Sequence record: NC_019408.1
Strand: one strand, 5' to 3'
DNA: 64,000 nucleotides
The position numbers were made by a program, and so were the translations under genes. The notes under the pieces are model-generated. The model made no database searches and had not been told where the DNA came from. It saw nothing but the letters and a program-made list of their open reading frames with translations. Each line of letters begins with the position of its first letter. Position 1 is the stretch's first letter. Positions 1-10,300 of the stretch are shown here, piece after piece.

Positions 1-1
1 C

Positions 2-3000
2 AAGTCCGGCGCGGTCAACACCGCCGCGTCGCTGGCGACCGATCGCATGGCGATGGCGACCAACCGCAGCCGTGACGCCGTCATGGGCGGCACCTTCGTG
101 GGCTCGGCCGCCGCGCCGGCCGTGCGTCAGGCTCCGGCCTTCTCGCAACTGTCCTACCTGACCGGCGCTCCGACGGAGGCTGCGCGCGGACGCGCGACCT
201 TCGGCCAGCGCCAGCCCTTCACCGGCAACTCCACCTTCGACGCGCGCCCGGCCGCGCGCGGTAACATGCTGGGCGGCCTGATGGGCGCGGCAAGCGCCGG
301 CGCTGCCACGGCGGCGACCACCGCGTTCAGCGGCCTGCGTAAGGTCATCAACCTCCTGCCCGGCGTTGCGCTGACGGCGGCCGTTGCCCTGGCGATCTTC
401 GGCAACAGCATGACCAAGCTGAACGACAAGGCCGTCTCCTACAACAACATCGCCGCCGGCGCCCTGGGCACGGCAGGCGATCAGGTTGGCATGGGCCTGA
501 CCGGGCTGTTCAACGGCATCCGGGGCCTGCTGGGCGCCCAGCAGAAGGCCGCCGGCACCGGCGACTGGCTGGTCGACATCTCCGCCTCGCTGATCGTCTT
601 CGGCAAGACCATCTTCACCCTGGCCTCGACCCTGGGCAAAATCCTCGGCACGATGATGTCCAACATCATCATCCCCTGGATCGACCTGGGTCAGAAGCTG
701 TCCTCGGGCGACCTGAAGGGCGCTGCGGCGGCCTCGGGTGAAATCCTGCTGGGTCAGTTCGGCAAGGAGAGCCGCAAGCGCTGGGGTGACCTGGGCAAGG
801 AACTGGGTCAGGACTGGGGCAAGGCCCTGGACTACGCGGGCACGCGCAAGTCGATCGTCGACGGCGCCCTGAAGTCGGCCGCCGGCGACACGGCCGCCAC
901 GCAAGGCGCCAACGCCGCCCAGAAGATGACGGAAGCGGCCCTCGCCCAGATGAAGGCCGCCGACGATCAGGCCCTGGCTGCGGCTGACCTGAAGGACGCC
1001 ACGGCGAACTTCAAGAAGGACCTCGCGCCGCTCAACTTCAACGACCTCTTCAAGCGCGCCCAGGCCCTGGCCGACGGCACCTTCCAGCGCACGGCCGCCG
1101 CCTCCAAGCCGGGCAGCGCGCTGATGGCTCCGTCGCCGGCGCAGACCCAGGCCAATGCCGCTGCCGTCAAGGCGACCATCGCCTCGATGGGCGATCGCGT
1201 GTACGCGACGGCTGGCCAGCACATGGGGCAGACCGCCGCCAAGGACGGCGCCTCGCTGCAAGCCTACTTCAAGGCCAACGGCGTCACCATCGACCCCAAG
1301 AAGTTGTCCTGGTGCGCGGCCTTCGTCAACGCGGTCCTGGCTCAAAACGGTCTCTCGGGCACGGGCTCGCTCGCGGCGTCGTCGTTCAAGGACTACGGCT
1401 CGGAAGTCAGCCGCGCCGACGCCAAGAAGGGCGACATCGTCGTCCTCAAGCCGCAGGACAAGCTCAAGCGCACGACGGGTCACGTTGGCTTCCTGGACGG
1501 CTTCAACAGCGACGGCAGCGTCCGCCTGCTGGGCGGTAACCAGGGCGGCGGCGTCAAGGTCTCGAACTTCAAGGCCGATCAGGTCGTCTCCTTCCGCCGC
1601 ACCGGCACGGGCGGTGCTTCGGGCGCTGATCCCAGCTTCCTGGGCGGCGCGATCAAGGACGGCCAGGGCGAAGAGGGAGGCTCGCGCTACGAGCGCCGCA
1701 TGAACGCCTTCAAGGCCCTGGGCACCATCACCGGCCAATCCTCGCCGGCCGCCGACGCCCTGTCCGACTACCAGGGCAACCTCGAAAAGCTGCGCGACAT
1801 CATCGTCTCGGAAGAGAAGCTGATGACCGACGTCGGCTCCGACGGGCAGTCGTTCTTCAACAAGACCAACCTCGAAGCCCTGGCGGCCACCCAGAAGAAG
1901 TGGAACCGCTCGATCGTCGAGGCGCTGAACCCGATCGCCAAGGAAGCGCGTCTGCTGTCGGAAGGCAACGACGTGCTGGAACTGCGCGCCAAGGGTCTGT
2001 CGCAGGAGGCCGACTGGCAAGAGCGCCTGACCAACATGCGCAACGACGGCCTGAACGTCGACCTGATGCAGGACGAGGCCAAGTGGACCCAGTACCTGAA
2101 CGAGTTGAAGAAGCAGGGCCTGGAGATCGACGTCAAGGCGCTGATGATGAAGCCGGACGAACTGCGCTACCAGCAGGGCCGTCAGGAAGCGCTCCAGACT
2201 GAACTCGACCTGACCAAGGCGCTGAACGACGCCAAGCAGGCGCAGATCGCGCGCACCGGCTCCAGCTACGACCGTACCCTGTCGGGCCTGATCGCGGGCA
2301 AGGGCAAGGAAGGCGAGAGCCTGACCCAGACCCAAGACCGTCTCGCCGGCTCGGTGGGTCCCAACGGCCGCAACGCCCTGGAGGCTCTGCAAGAGACCGC
2401 CGGGGTGATGGAAAGCTCGCGCTTGGCCGACGCCAAGGCCAGCATGCAGTCCCAGCTTCAGATCATGCGCGAGAGCGCACGCCTGAACAACACCCAGCGC
2501 GGCGTCTACGAGGAGTACCGCAACATCCTGGGCGAACTGCTCAACAAGCAGGGCGCCTCGCTGAAGGAACTGCTCGACTCGGCTGACGAGCAGACCAAGC
2601 AGCTTGCCCAGTCGTTCGTCAAGGCCAAGCAGGACTTCGAGAACCCGCCGGGCTTCCAGAAGTGGGCTGACGCCCTGGAGCCGCTGGACAAGCGCCTCCA
2701 GGACATCAAGTCGCAGTTCATGGATGACCTGGGCGGCGGCATCACCGACGCGCTGCTCGGCGAAGACGTCGACTGGCGTGAGATGCTGCACAACACCTTC
2801 AAGAAGCAGCTTCGCGCCCAGGTCGACGAAGGGCTCAAGAACGTCACCTACTGGCTGACCGGTCAGGACCCCAACGCCCAGGCCGCCGCCAAGACGCCGG
2901 AAGCCCAGGCCCTGGTCTCGGCCGCCGACGTCCAGAAGCAGGCCGGCGACACCCTCCAGCAGGCCGCCAACAGCCTGCTCCAGGTCGCGCAGGGCGGTGT

Positions 3001-4564
3001 CCCCGGCGCGCCGGGCATGATGCCGGGCGCCCAGGGTCCGATGGGTCCGATGTCGACGGCTGTCCAGCCGGGCATGACCCCGATGCAGGGCCTCGCCGCC
3101 CAGGGCATCAACAGCGCTGTGCAGGGCGTGGGCTCGCTGATCGGCGGCGATCCTACCCAGCACACCGGCGCGCGCAGCTTCGGCCAGCGCGTCGGCGGCA
3201 TCCTGTCGAGCGTCGGCAGCATGTTCGGCTTCGGCGGCAATCGCGGCACGGCGATCGCGCCGGGCGGCCTGGGCGCCATCGGTCAAACCAAGACCTCGGG
3301 TGGCCTGCTCGGTGTCCTGGGTGCGATGAACGGCGTCACCGGTCTCCAGAAGACCTCGACCATGGTCGGCGGCACCTCGGCGGCCGGCGGCTCGACGGCG
3401 ATCTCCGACGCCCTGACCATGGGCGGCGATCTGTCGCGTAATGCCGGCATGACCAACGCCATGCAGATCGGCAGCGCCACCATCTCGATCGGCAACGCCA
3501 CGATCAATGGAGGCGGCGCGGGTGGCGGCGGTGGAGCCCCTGGCGGCGCGCCGGGCGCCGGCGGCATGGGCGCGATGGGTGGCGGCGGCCTGGGCGGTCT
3601 GCTGGGCAACCTCAACACCAGCACCGTGGGCGTCGGCGACAACATGCTGAGCCAGTTCACCATGGACGGCTCGGGCGGCCCCGGCTTCATGCCGGCCGGC
3701 TCGGGCCTGATGAACCTGTTCGGCGGCGGCGACGGCGGCTTTGGCGGCGGCGCGGACCTGTCGGGCCTGACCAACAACGCCGTGGGCCTGCCTGACATGC
3801 TGAGCGCCTTCACCATGGACGGTTCGGGCGGTCCGGGCTTCCAGGCGGCGGGCTCGGCGCTGCAAGGCCTCAACATCACGCCGTTCGGCGGTGGCGGCGG
3901 CCTGGGCGGCTTCTTCTCGGCGATCGGTCCGATGATGCAGGGCGCGATGAGCTTTGCCGGCCCGCTGATTGGCGCCCTGATGACCGGCGGCAAGAAGCGC
4001 AACAACGCGCCCGACACCTACCGCACGCCCAACGGTGTCTTCGGACAGGCCAGCCAGAACACCGTCACCGGTCGCCTGCTGGGTCCGCGCAAGAACGTCT
4101 TCGGCGAGATCGCCAACCTCGCCATGCAGTTCTTCACCGGCGGCATGGGCGGCGGCGGCCCGATGAGCATGATGAGCATGTTCGGCGGTGGCGGCGGCAT
4201 GGGTGGCTTCCCCGGCTTCAAGGAAGGCGGCTACACCAACGCGCCGGTCAACCACTACTCGACCGCGTCGCTGTTCTCGGGCGCGCCGCATTACGCCGAA
4301 GGCACGCCCAACACCAGCCTCGCCAATGGGGGCATGCCCGCGATCGTCCACCCGGACGAAGCGGTCATCCCGCTGTCGCGCGGCCGGAACATCCCGGTCG
4401 AACTGAACGGCGCCGGCGGCGGCCACTCCACGACGGTGATCTCGCCGATCACGGTCTACGCCAACGACGCCGACAGCTTCCGCCCGGCCCAGGCTCAGAT
4501 CGCCCGCAAGCAGAACAAGACCCTGCGCCGGGCGGCTCTGCGCAACGCCACCATGGCGGCCTAA
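2..4564 (+). CDS. Tail tape measure protein, 5'-truncated by the window, with an internal TIGR02594/CHAP-like peptidoglycan hydrolase domain and a Gly-rich C-terminal region
   Basis: The frame is open from position 2. The protein is long and Ala/Gly-rich. Hydrolase motifs WCAAFV, KGDIVV, GHVGF and LGGNQG lie at ~1260-1600. The C-terminal F.EGGYT...AIVHPDEAVIPL is typical of siphophage tape measures, and the gene lies directly upstream of tail-tip genes. Confidence 0.85.
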   Translation, partial: KSGAVNTAASLATDRMAMATNRSRDAVMGGTFVGSAAAPAVRQAPAFSQLSYLTGAPTEAARGRATFGQRQPFTGNSTFDARPAARGNMLGGLMGAASAGAATAATTAFSGLRKVINLLPGVALTAAVALAIFGNSMTKLNDKAVSYNNIAAGALGTAGDQVGMGLTGLFNGIRGLLGAQQKAAGTGDWLVDISASLIVFGKTIFTLASTLGKILGTMMSNIIIPWIDLGQKLSSGDLKGAAAASGEILLGQFGKESRKRWGDLGKELGQDWGKALDYAGTRKSIVDGALKSAAGDTAATQGANAAQKMTEAALAQMKAADDQALAAADLKDATANFKKDLAPLNFNDLFKRAQALADGTFQRTAAASKPGSALMAPSPAQTQANAAAVKATIASMGDRVYATAGQHMGQTAAKDGASLQAYFKANGVTIDPKKLSWCAAFVNAVLAQNGLSGTGSLAASSFKDYGSEVSRADAKKGDIVVLKPQDKLKRTTGHVGFLDGFNSDGSVRLLGGNQGGGVKVSNFKADQVVSFRRTGTGGASGADPSFLGGAIKDGQGEEGGSRYERRMNAFKALGTITGQSSPAADALSDYQGNLEKLRDIIVSEEKLMTDVGSDGQSFFNKTNLEALAATQKKWNRSIVEALNPIAKEARLLSEGNDVLELRAKGLSQEADWQERLTNMRNDGLNVDLMQDEAKWTQYLNELKKQGLEIDVKALMMKPDELRYQQGRQEALQTELDLTKALNDAKQAQIARTGSSYDRTLSGLIAGKGKEGESLTQTQDRLAGSVGPNGRNALEALQETAGVMESSRLADAKASMQSQLQIMRESARLNNTQRGVYEEYRNILGELLNKQGASLKELLDSADEQTKQLAQSFVKAKQDFENPPGFQKWADALEPLDKRLQDIKSQFMDDLGGGITDALLGEDVDWREMLHNTFKKQLRAQVDEGLKNVTYWLTGQDPNAQAAAKTPEAQALVSAADVQKQAGDTLQQAANSLLQVAQGGVPGAPGMMPGAQGPMGPMSTAVQPGMTPMQGLAAQGINSAVQGVGSLIGGDPTQHTGARSFGQRVGGILSSVGSMFGFGGNRGTAIAPGGLGAIGQTKTSGGLLGVLGAMNGVTGLQKTSTMVGGTSAAGGSTAISDALTMGGDLSRNAGMTNAMQIGSATISIGNATINGGGAGGGGGAPGGAPGAGGMGAMGGGGLGGLLGNLNTSTVGVGDNMLSQFTMDGSGGPGFMPAGSGLMNLFGGGDGGFGGGADLSGLTNNAVGLPDMLSAFTMDGSGGPGFQAAGSALQGLNITPFGGGGGLGGFFSAIGPMMQGAMSFAGPLIGALMTGGKKRNNAPDTYRTPNGVFGQASQNTVTGRLLGPRKNVFGEIANLAMQFFTGGMGGGGPMSMMSMFGGGGGMGGFPGFKEGGYTNAPVNHYSTASLFSGAPHYAEGTPNTSLANGGMPAIVHPDEAVIPLSRGRNIPVELNGAGGGHSTTVISPITVYANDADSFRPAQAQIARKQNKTLRRAALRNATMAA
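3642..3841 (+). repeat. Internal direct repeat in the tape measure gene, two ~47-nt copies encoding MLS.FTMDGSGGPGF
   Basis: 3642-3688 and 3795-3841 match at DNA and protein level. Confidence 0.8.
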
Positions 4565-4580
4565 CGACATCACCCACGAC

Positions 4581-4620
4581 TGTCGTGAATCTTGACGTCC
4601 CTGGATGGTCGTGGCATCCA
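4581..4620 (+). promoter_or_regulatory. 17-bp motif TGTCGTGAATCTTGACG overlapping a -35 box; promoter for tail-tip genes
   Basis: TTGACG 4592-4597, 17-nt spacer, CATCCA 4615-4620. A reverse TTAACCAT lies at 4637-4644. Confidence 0.6.
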
Positions 4621-4636
4621 GGGACTCCCTTCTCGC

Positions 4637-5305
4637 ATGGTTAACGTGATGCCGAACTACAGCTTCCACGACGTGCTGTTCCCCGAGACCATCAGCTACG
4701 GCTCGTCGGGCGGTCCGAAGTTCAAGACCACGATCTTCCAGGCCGACTCGGGCTACGAGCAACGCAACAAGGACTGGAGCGACGTGCGGCACGAGTACGA
4801 CGTCGCCCAGTCGATCCGCTCGACCGAGGACATGGAAGAACTGCGCGCCTTCTTCATGGCCCGCAACGGCCGCGCCCACGGCTTCCGCTACAAGGACTGG
4901 GGTGACTTCCGCCTGAAGAACCAGTTGATCGGCGTCGGCGACGGCGTCACCAAGACCTTCCAGATCGTCAAGACCTACACCAGCACCGGACACGACGGCA
5001 CCGACTACACCTACACTCGCAACATCCGCAAGCCCAAGTGGGACTCGATCGCCGGCGTCAAGGTCGGGCCGGTCGTCCAGGTGGCCCCGACCAACTACGA
5101 GGTCGACTATTCGACCGGCCTGATGACCTTCGTCAACGCGCCCGCCCCCGACGCCCCGGTCACCATCGGCTTGGGCGAGTTCCACGTCCCCGTCCGCTTC
5201 GACACGGACATGATGGACGTGACCCAGGAATTCTGGATGCGCGAGACGTGGCCCAACATCGCCATCGTCGAAATCCGCGACTATCAGGAGATCATCCTCC
5301 CGTGA
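4637..5305 (+). CDS. GTA-like distal tail protein (DUF2460/TIGR02217)
   Basis: FHDVLFP...ISYGSSGGP.F.T, GYEQRN..W, ARNGRAHGFRYKDWGDF and F.VPVRFDTD are characteristic. The start may be 4637 or 4649. Confidence 0.9.
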   Translation: MVNVMPNYSFHDVLFPETISYGSSGGPKFKTTIFQADSGYEQRNKDWSDVRHEYDVAQSIRSTEDMEELRAFFMARNGRAHGFRYKDWGDFRLKNQLIGVGDGVTKTFQIVKTYTSTGHDGTDYTYTRNIRKPKWDSIAGVKVGPVVQVAPTNYEVDYSTGLMTFVNAPAPDAPVTIGLGEFHVPVRFDTDMMDVTQEFWMRETWPNIAIVEIRDYQEIILP

Positions 5306-6927
5306 AATCCGTCCCGCCGCTCCTGATGGAGCACATCCAGCAGGAGGTGACGACGCTGGCGACCTGCATCACGATCGTGCGGCAGGACGGCAAGGCCTTC
5401 TTCCTGACCGACCACGACCGGCCGATCCTGTTCGAGAACCAGCACTTCGTCCCCTACGACTCCTACCAGCGCACGTCGATCCTGATGTCGTCGGAACTCG
5501 AAGTCGATACGGCCGACATCACCGCCTTCCTGACCTCCGACGGCGTCACGCGCGATGACGTGGCCTCGGGCCTGTTCGACTATGCCGCGATCAAGGTGCA
5601 GTTGCTCAACTACACCAGCCCGCAGGACGGCGCGATCCTGCTGCGCAAGGGCACCTTCGGCGAAGTGGTGATGAACCAGGACGAGACGTTCACGGCCGAA
5701 ATCCGTGGCCTGACCCAGGTCCTGACCTATCGGGTCGGCGAGTCCTATGCGCCCGAGTGCCGCGCGGACCTGGGCGATCGCCGCTGCAAGATCGGCCTGA
5801 TGCCCGAGGAATGGCAGGGCAACACCTATTACGCCACCAGCACCTGCGTGCTGGGCGAGGTCTCGGCCGCGAACTCCTTCGTCAACCTTGACGTCATCAA
5901 CTGGAGCTTCGAGTCCGGCGACCTCAACACCGTCGTCACCGCGCCGGCCGGCTGGGTGGCCTACGGCGATCCGACCAGCCGCTGGGTCTACAAGCACGAC
6001 TGGTACAACCTCTCGCGCCCGCAACTGGGCGACAAGTTCATCGCTGCGACCCGCACGTCGATCGACGACAAGCAGGAGATCGCCGGCATGTTCCAGGACA
6101 TCAGCCTCCTCAGTGCTGGCGTCTCCGAAGAGGACCTCGACTCGGGCCTCTGCCGCGTCCGCTACAAGTCGTTCGTGGCGTGTCTCAACAACCGCGCCCA
6201 GTCGCGCGAGCGCCTGACCTGCATCAAGGCCGACGGGTCGGTCGAGACGATCTGGGACACCGGCGAGAAGAAGTACCCCGAGGACCGCTGGGTCGCCGTC
6301 AACGCCGACGACGTCCTGATCCCGGCCGGCACCCGCACCCTGCGCATCGACCTGTGGTCCAAGAAGCGCAACGTCCACGAAGAGGGCGTGGCCTACGACG
6401 GCATCAAGGCCTCGATCAACCTGCCCGACGGCACGGCCGGCAACGCCGACGTCTACGGCGGGGTGATGTTCAAGTGCATCCAGGCGGGCGTCAGCGGCGA
6501 CACCCCGCCCGAATGGACCAACGAGATCGGCGCCACCTTCAACGACGGCACCGTCATCTGGCAGTGCGTGACCAACTACAAGCGCGTGGGCACGGTCGAC
6601 GCGGTCGACTCCAACAAGTCCTTCACCCCCGAAGGCATTGGCGAGCAGGGCGGCTTCTACGACGGTGGCGTGCTCTACTGGGAGACCGGCCGCAACGCCG
6701 GCCGCGCCCAGGAGATCAAGCTCTGGTCGGGCGGCGTCTTCACGCTCTTCCAGCGCACCTACTACCCGATCACCGAGGGTGACCGCTTCGTGGTCTATCC
6801 CGGCTGCGACAAGCGCCGCAGCACCTGCGGCGACAAGTTCAACAACATCCTCAACTTCCGCGCCGAGCCCGACGTGCCCGGCCAGGACATCTACTATCGC
6901 ACGCCCAACGCGCCGGAGCAGGAATGA
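5302..6927 (+). CDS. GTA-like tail hub protein (DUF2163/TIGR02218 with C-terminal BR0599 domain) carrying a large internal insertion
   Basis: GTG start overlaps the upstream TGA. TTLATC..IVRQDG...FLTDHDR, C.ADLGD.RC and PGCDKR.STC..KFNN..NFR.EP.VPG motifs are present. Confidence 0.88.
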   Translation: MKSVPPLLMEHIQQEVTTLATCITIVRQDGKAFFLTDHDRPILFENQHFVPYDSYQRTSILMSSELEVDTADITAFLTSDGVTRDDVASGLFDYAAIKVQLLNYTSPQDGAILLRKGTFGEVVMNQDETFTAEIRGLTQVLTYRVGESYAPECRADLGDRRCKIGLMPEEWQGNTYYATSTCVLGEVSAANSFVNLDVINWSFESGDLNTVVTAPAGWVAYGDPTSRWVYKHDWYNLSRPQLGDKFIAATRTSIDDKQEIAGMFQDISLLSAGVSEEDLDSGLCRVRYKSFVACLNNRAQSRERLTCIKADGSVETIWDTGEKKYPEDRWVAVNADDVLIPAGTRTLRIDLWSKKRNVHEEGVAYDGIKASINLPDGTAGNADVYGGVMFKCIQAGVSGDTPPEWTNEIGATFNDGTVIWQCVTNYKRVGTVDAVDSNKSFTPEGIGEQGGFYDGGVLYWETGRNAGRAQEIKLWSGGVFTLFQRTYYPITEGDRFVVYPGCDKRRSTCGDKFNNILNFRAEPDVPGQDIYYRTPNAPEQE

Positions 6928-7349
6928 CCCGCGACGACATCGTGACCGAAGCGCGCCGCTATGTGGCGCTCCAAACCCCCTGGCGTCACCGGGGCCGCAC
7001 CGAGCGCGGCCTCGACTGCATCGGGCTGGCCGTGATGATCTTCGAGAAATACAACCTGGAATACATGGACCAGGATGGCTACGCGCGCACGCCCGACGGC
7101 GAGCGGTTCGTCGACGTGATCAAGGCCCACATGACCCTGGCCGACCCCACCGACCTCAAGCCCGGCATGCTCGTCCTGTTCAACGACGACGCCCGGCCCT
7201 GCCATGTGGGCATCCTGGCCCAGAAGCACGGGGTCATGACCCTGATCCACGCGACCGCCGACAAGAAGCGCACGGTCGAAGAAATCTATGATCGCCGCTA
7301 CGCCGCCCGGTTCCGGATGGCGTTCGATTTCCCCGGCGTTGAGGACTAA
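6924..7349 (+). CDS. NlpC/P60 family tail-associated peptidase (TIGR02219-like)
   Basis: TPWRHRGR...GLDCIGL with catalytic Cys, and HVGI...LIHA. Confidence 0.9.
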   Translation: MTRDDIVTEARRYVALQTPWRHRGRTERGLDCIGLAVMIFEKYNLEYMDQDGYARTPDGERFVDVIKAHMTLADPTDLKPGMLVLFNDDARPCHVGILAQKHGVMTLIHATADKKRTVEEIYDRRYAARFRMAFDFPGVED

Positions 7350-7351
7350 GC

Positions 7352-10300
7352 ATGGGCGCAGCTATTGCTCTTCCGATCGTCTCGGCCATTGTCAGCACGG
7401 CGATCAGCTACATCTTCCCGGACGAAGGTCCGCGCCTGCGCGACACCAAGGTCTCGGCCTCGACCTACGGCAACGTGATCCCCGAAATCTTCGGGACCGC
7501 GCGCGTGGCCGGTAACATGATCTGGTCCAAGCCCTTCACCGAGAAGAAGAAGAAGAAGCGCGCCGGCAAGGGCGGCTCCTACTACAACCAGTACACCTAC
7601 TTCTGCGACTTCGCGATGGGCTTCTGCAAGGGTCCGGTCAAGGAGGTGCGGCGTATCTGGGCCGACGGCAAGGTGATCTATGACACCACCGGCGGCTCGG
7701 AGGTGGTCGACAACAACAAGTACCGCTTCCGCTTCTACTCCGGGGACGAAGAGCAGCTTCCCGACAGCCTCGTCTCGGAAGACAAGGGCCTGGACTACGC
7801 CCCGGCCTATCGGGGCCTTTGCTACGTCGTGTTCGACGACTTCGCCCTGGCTGACTTCGGCAACCGCATCCCGCAGATCATGGCCGAGGTCTATGCCGGC
7901 GACGAGGGCGGCACGGCGATCACCGACGTCACCTCGCTGGGCGATGACACGGAGCAGCCCGGCGGCTCCTTCCAGCTTGACCAGTGCATCATCGACACCG
8001 ATCGCGGCTACTTCTACCTCGTCGACAGCACCTCGGACCCGCGCGGCGGCGTCCTGCGGCGCTTCCTGCTGTCGAACGGCAAGGAAGACCGGCGCGAGCT
8101 TGTCCAGGTCGCCCCGACCACGCCGCCGTCGGTCTATGACAGCCCGTCCCTGACCTCCGTGCGTGGCCTGACGTCGAAGGGCGAACTGCTCTGCGTGTTC
8201 GGCGGCGTCAACAACTACATGCGGATCGAGAAGCTCGATCCCTATTCCTGGACCTCGCTGGGAACGGTGGGGCGCAGCTTCCCCTTCGAAACCAGCCCCG
8301 AACGGAGCCTGGAGTTCTCTAACGCCGACTTCAAGACTTCGCGCGACGACAAGGGCAACTACCTGACCCTGACGCTGGGTGTCTTCGGCGAGTACAACAT
8401 CTTCGATCCGTCCAGCATGACCTACATGTCCAAGGGGCACATGGCCGGCTGGAACGGCCCTGGCACGCCGATGTTCATCACCGCCCGCCAGGGCGGCTCG
8501 CCCAATGCGCGCCGCTTCTACCACGTCACCTACGACGGCGGCCCGACCCTGTCGGTGTGCAGCCTGGGCGAGACCCTCTATCATCACCCGTTGCCGCATC
8601 CTGGCGCGGCCGGCGCCACCGGCTGGTGTTTCTGGGACGAAGGCGATCCGGGCGTGGTCTTCTTCTACACCGACGGCAACCAGGATCGCTATCTGGCCAA
8701 GTGGTCGGAGACGACCGGCGCCCTGGCGTGGCAGACCCAACTCCGCAACAGCGACCCGATCTGCGGCTATCCGGTCTGGGGCATGGACGCGCGGATCAAG
8801 GACAACGAACTCCACTGGGTCTATAGGGACCACCTGTTCTCGATCAACACCTCGACGGGCAAGTGGATCGACCGCACGTTCGACCAGGACTTCTACAAGA
8901 CCAAGAACGACAAGACCGCCGATCAGGTCAATGACGGCGATCGCGGGCAGTTGCTGTCGCGTGAGGTCGCCTCCGACCACGTCATCTACGACCCGCGCCG
9001 CAACATCGTCATCGGCCTGGGGTCTCCCCAGATCACCAACGGCATCGTCCATGTCGGGGCCTACACCGGGCAGAAGACCAATGTCGGCCGCATCGTCGAG
9101 CAGTTGCTGGTCACCACCGGGCAGTTGACCTCCAACGACTACGACCTGACGCCGCTCTATGAAATCCCCGTGCGCGGCTACGGCTACGCGACCTCGACCG
9201 ACGTCAAGTCGATCATCTCCGAACTGCGCAACCTGTTCATGTTCGATCTGGTCGAAAGCGACGGCAAGCTGGTGGCGCGCGTGCGCGGCGACCAGGAGGC
9301 GGACGCCGAGGTCCCCTGGCAGCTTCTCGGCTCCCAGAGCGGCCCCAGCGACGACAAGGCCGAATACTGGAAGGAGACGCGGATGTCGGAGTCCGACCTC
9401 CCGTCCGCGATCGACCTGACCTACATGAACATCGACGACGACTACAACCCGTCGACGGCCAAGTCCAAGCGCATCTCCTCGCCGGTGGCGACCATGATGT
9501 CGCGCCAGCAGGTCAAGACCGAGTGCAACCTCGTCATGGACGCGACCGAGGCCAAGAACCGCGTCAACATCATGCTCTACACCCAGTGGGACGAGCGCAC
9601 CCAGCACAACACCGCCCTGCCCTGGGCGTTCGCGCACCTGGATGCCTCGGACCTCATCTCGGTGACCATGGAGGACGGCCGCAACTACTTCGACCGCATC
9701 GGCTCGATCGAGTTCGGCGCCGACTTCTCCTCGCGCCTGGAGACCTATGGCACCGACAGCGGCGCCTACCTGTCTGAGAAGGTCGGTGACGGCGGCGGCG
9801 CGGGCCGGCCGACCGTGGTCCACGCGCCCAAGCCGGTCGTGGGCTTCATCATGAACCTGCCGTTGCTGCGCGACACCCACGACACCGGCGCCAACTTCTC
9901 CAACTGGTACAGCGCCATCGGTCAGGGCGCGCCGGGCACCTTCTATGGCGGGACGATGTTCAAGTCCGCCAACAGCCAGGACTATGTCGATCTCTACCAG
10001 GAGACCGAGAGCGCCGAGTGGGGCACCGTCAAGGGGATCGTCCCGCCGGCCTCGCGCGGCTGGTTCGCGCTGGACTGGGAGACCAAGATCACCATCGTCC
10101 CGGCGGTCGAGTTCTTCGAACTGGAGTCGATCACCGACGACGAACTTTGGGAAGGCCAGAACGGCTTCGTGGTCGGCAACGAGGTCATGCAGTTCCGCGA
10201 CGCGGTCGAGAACGCCGACGGCACCTGGACGATCTGGAACCTGCTGCGCGGTCGGCGCGGGACGCAGTACGCCTGCGACACCCACGTCGCGGGCGAGAAG

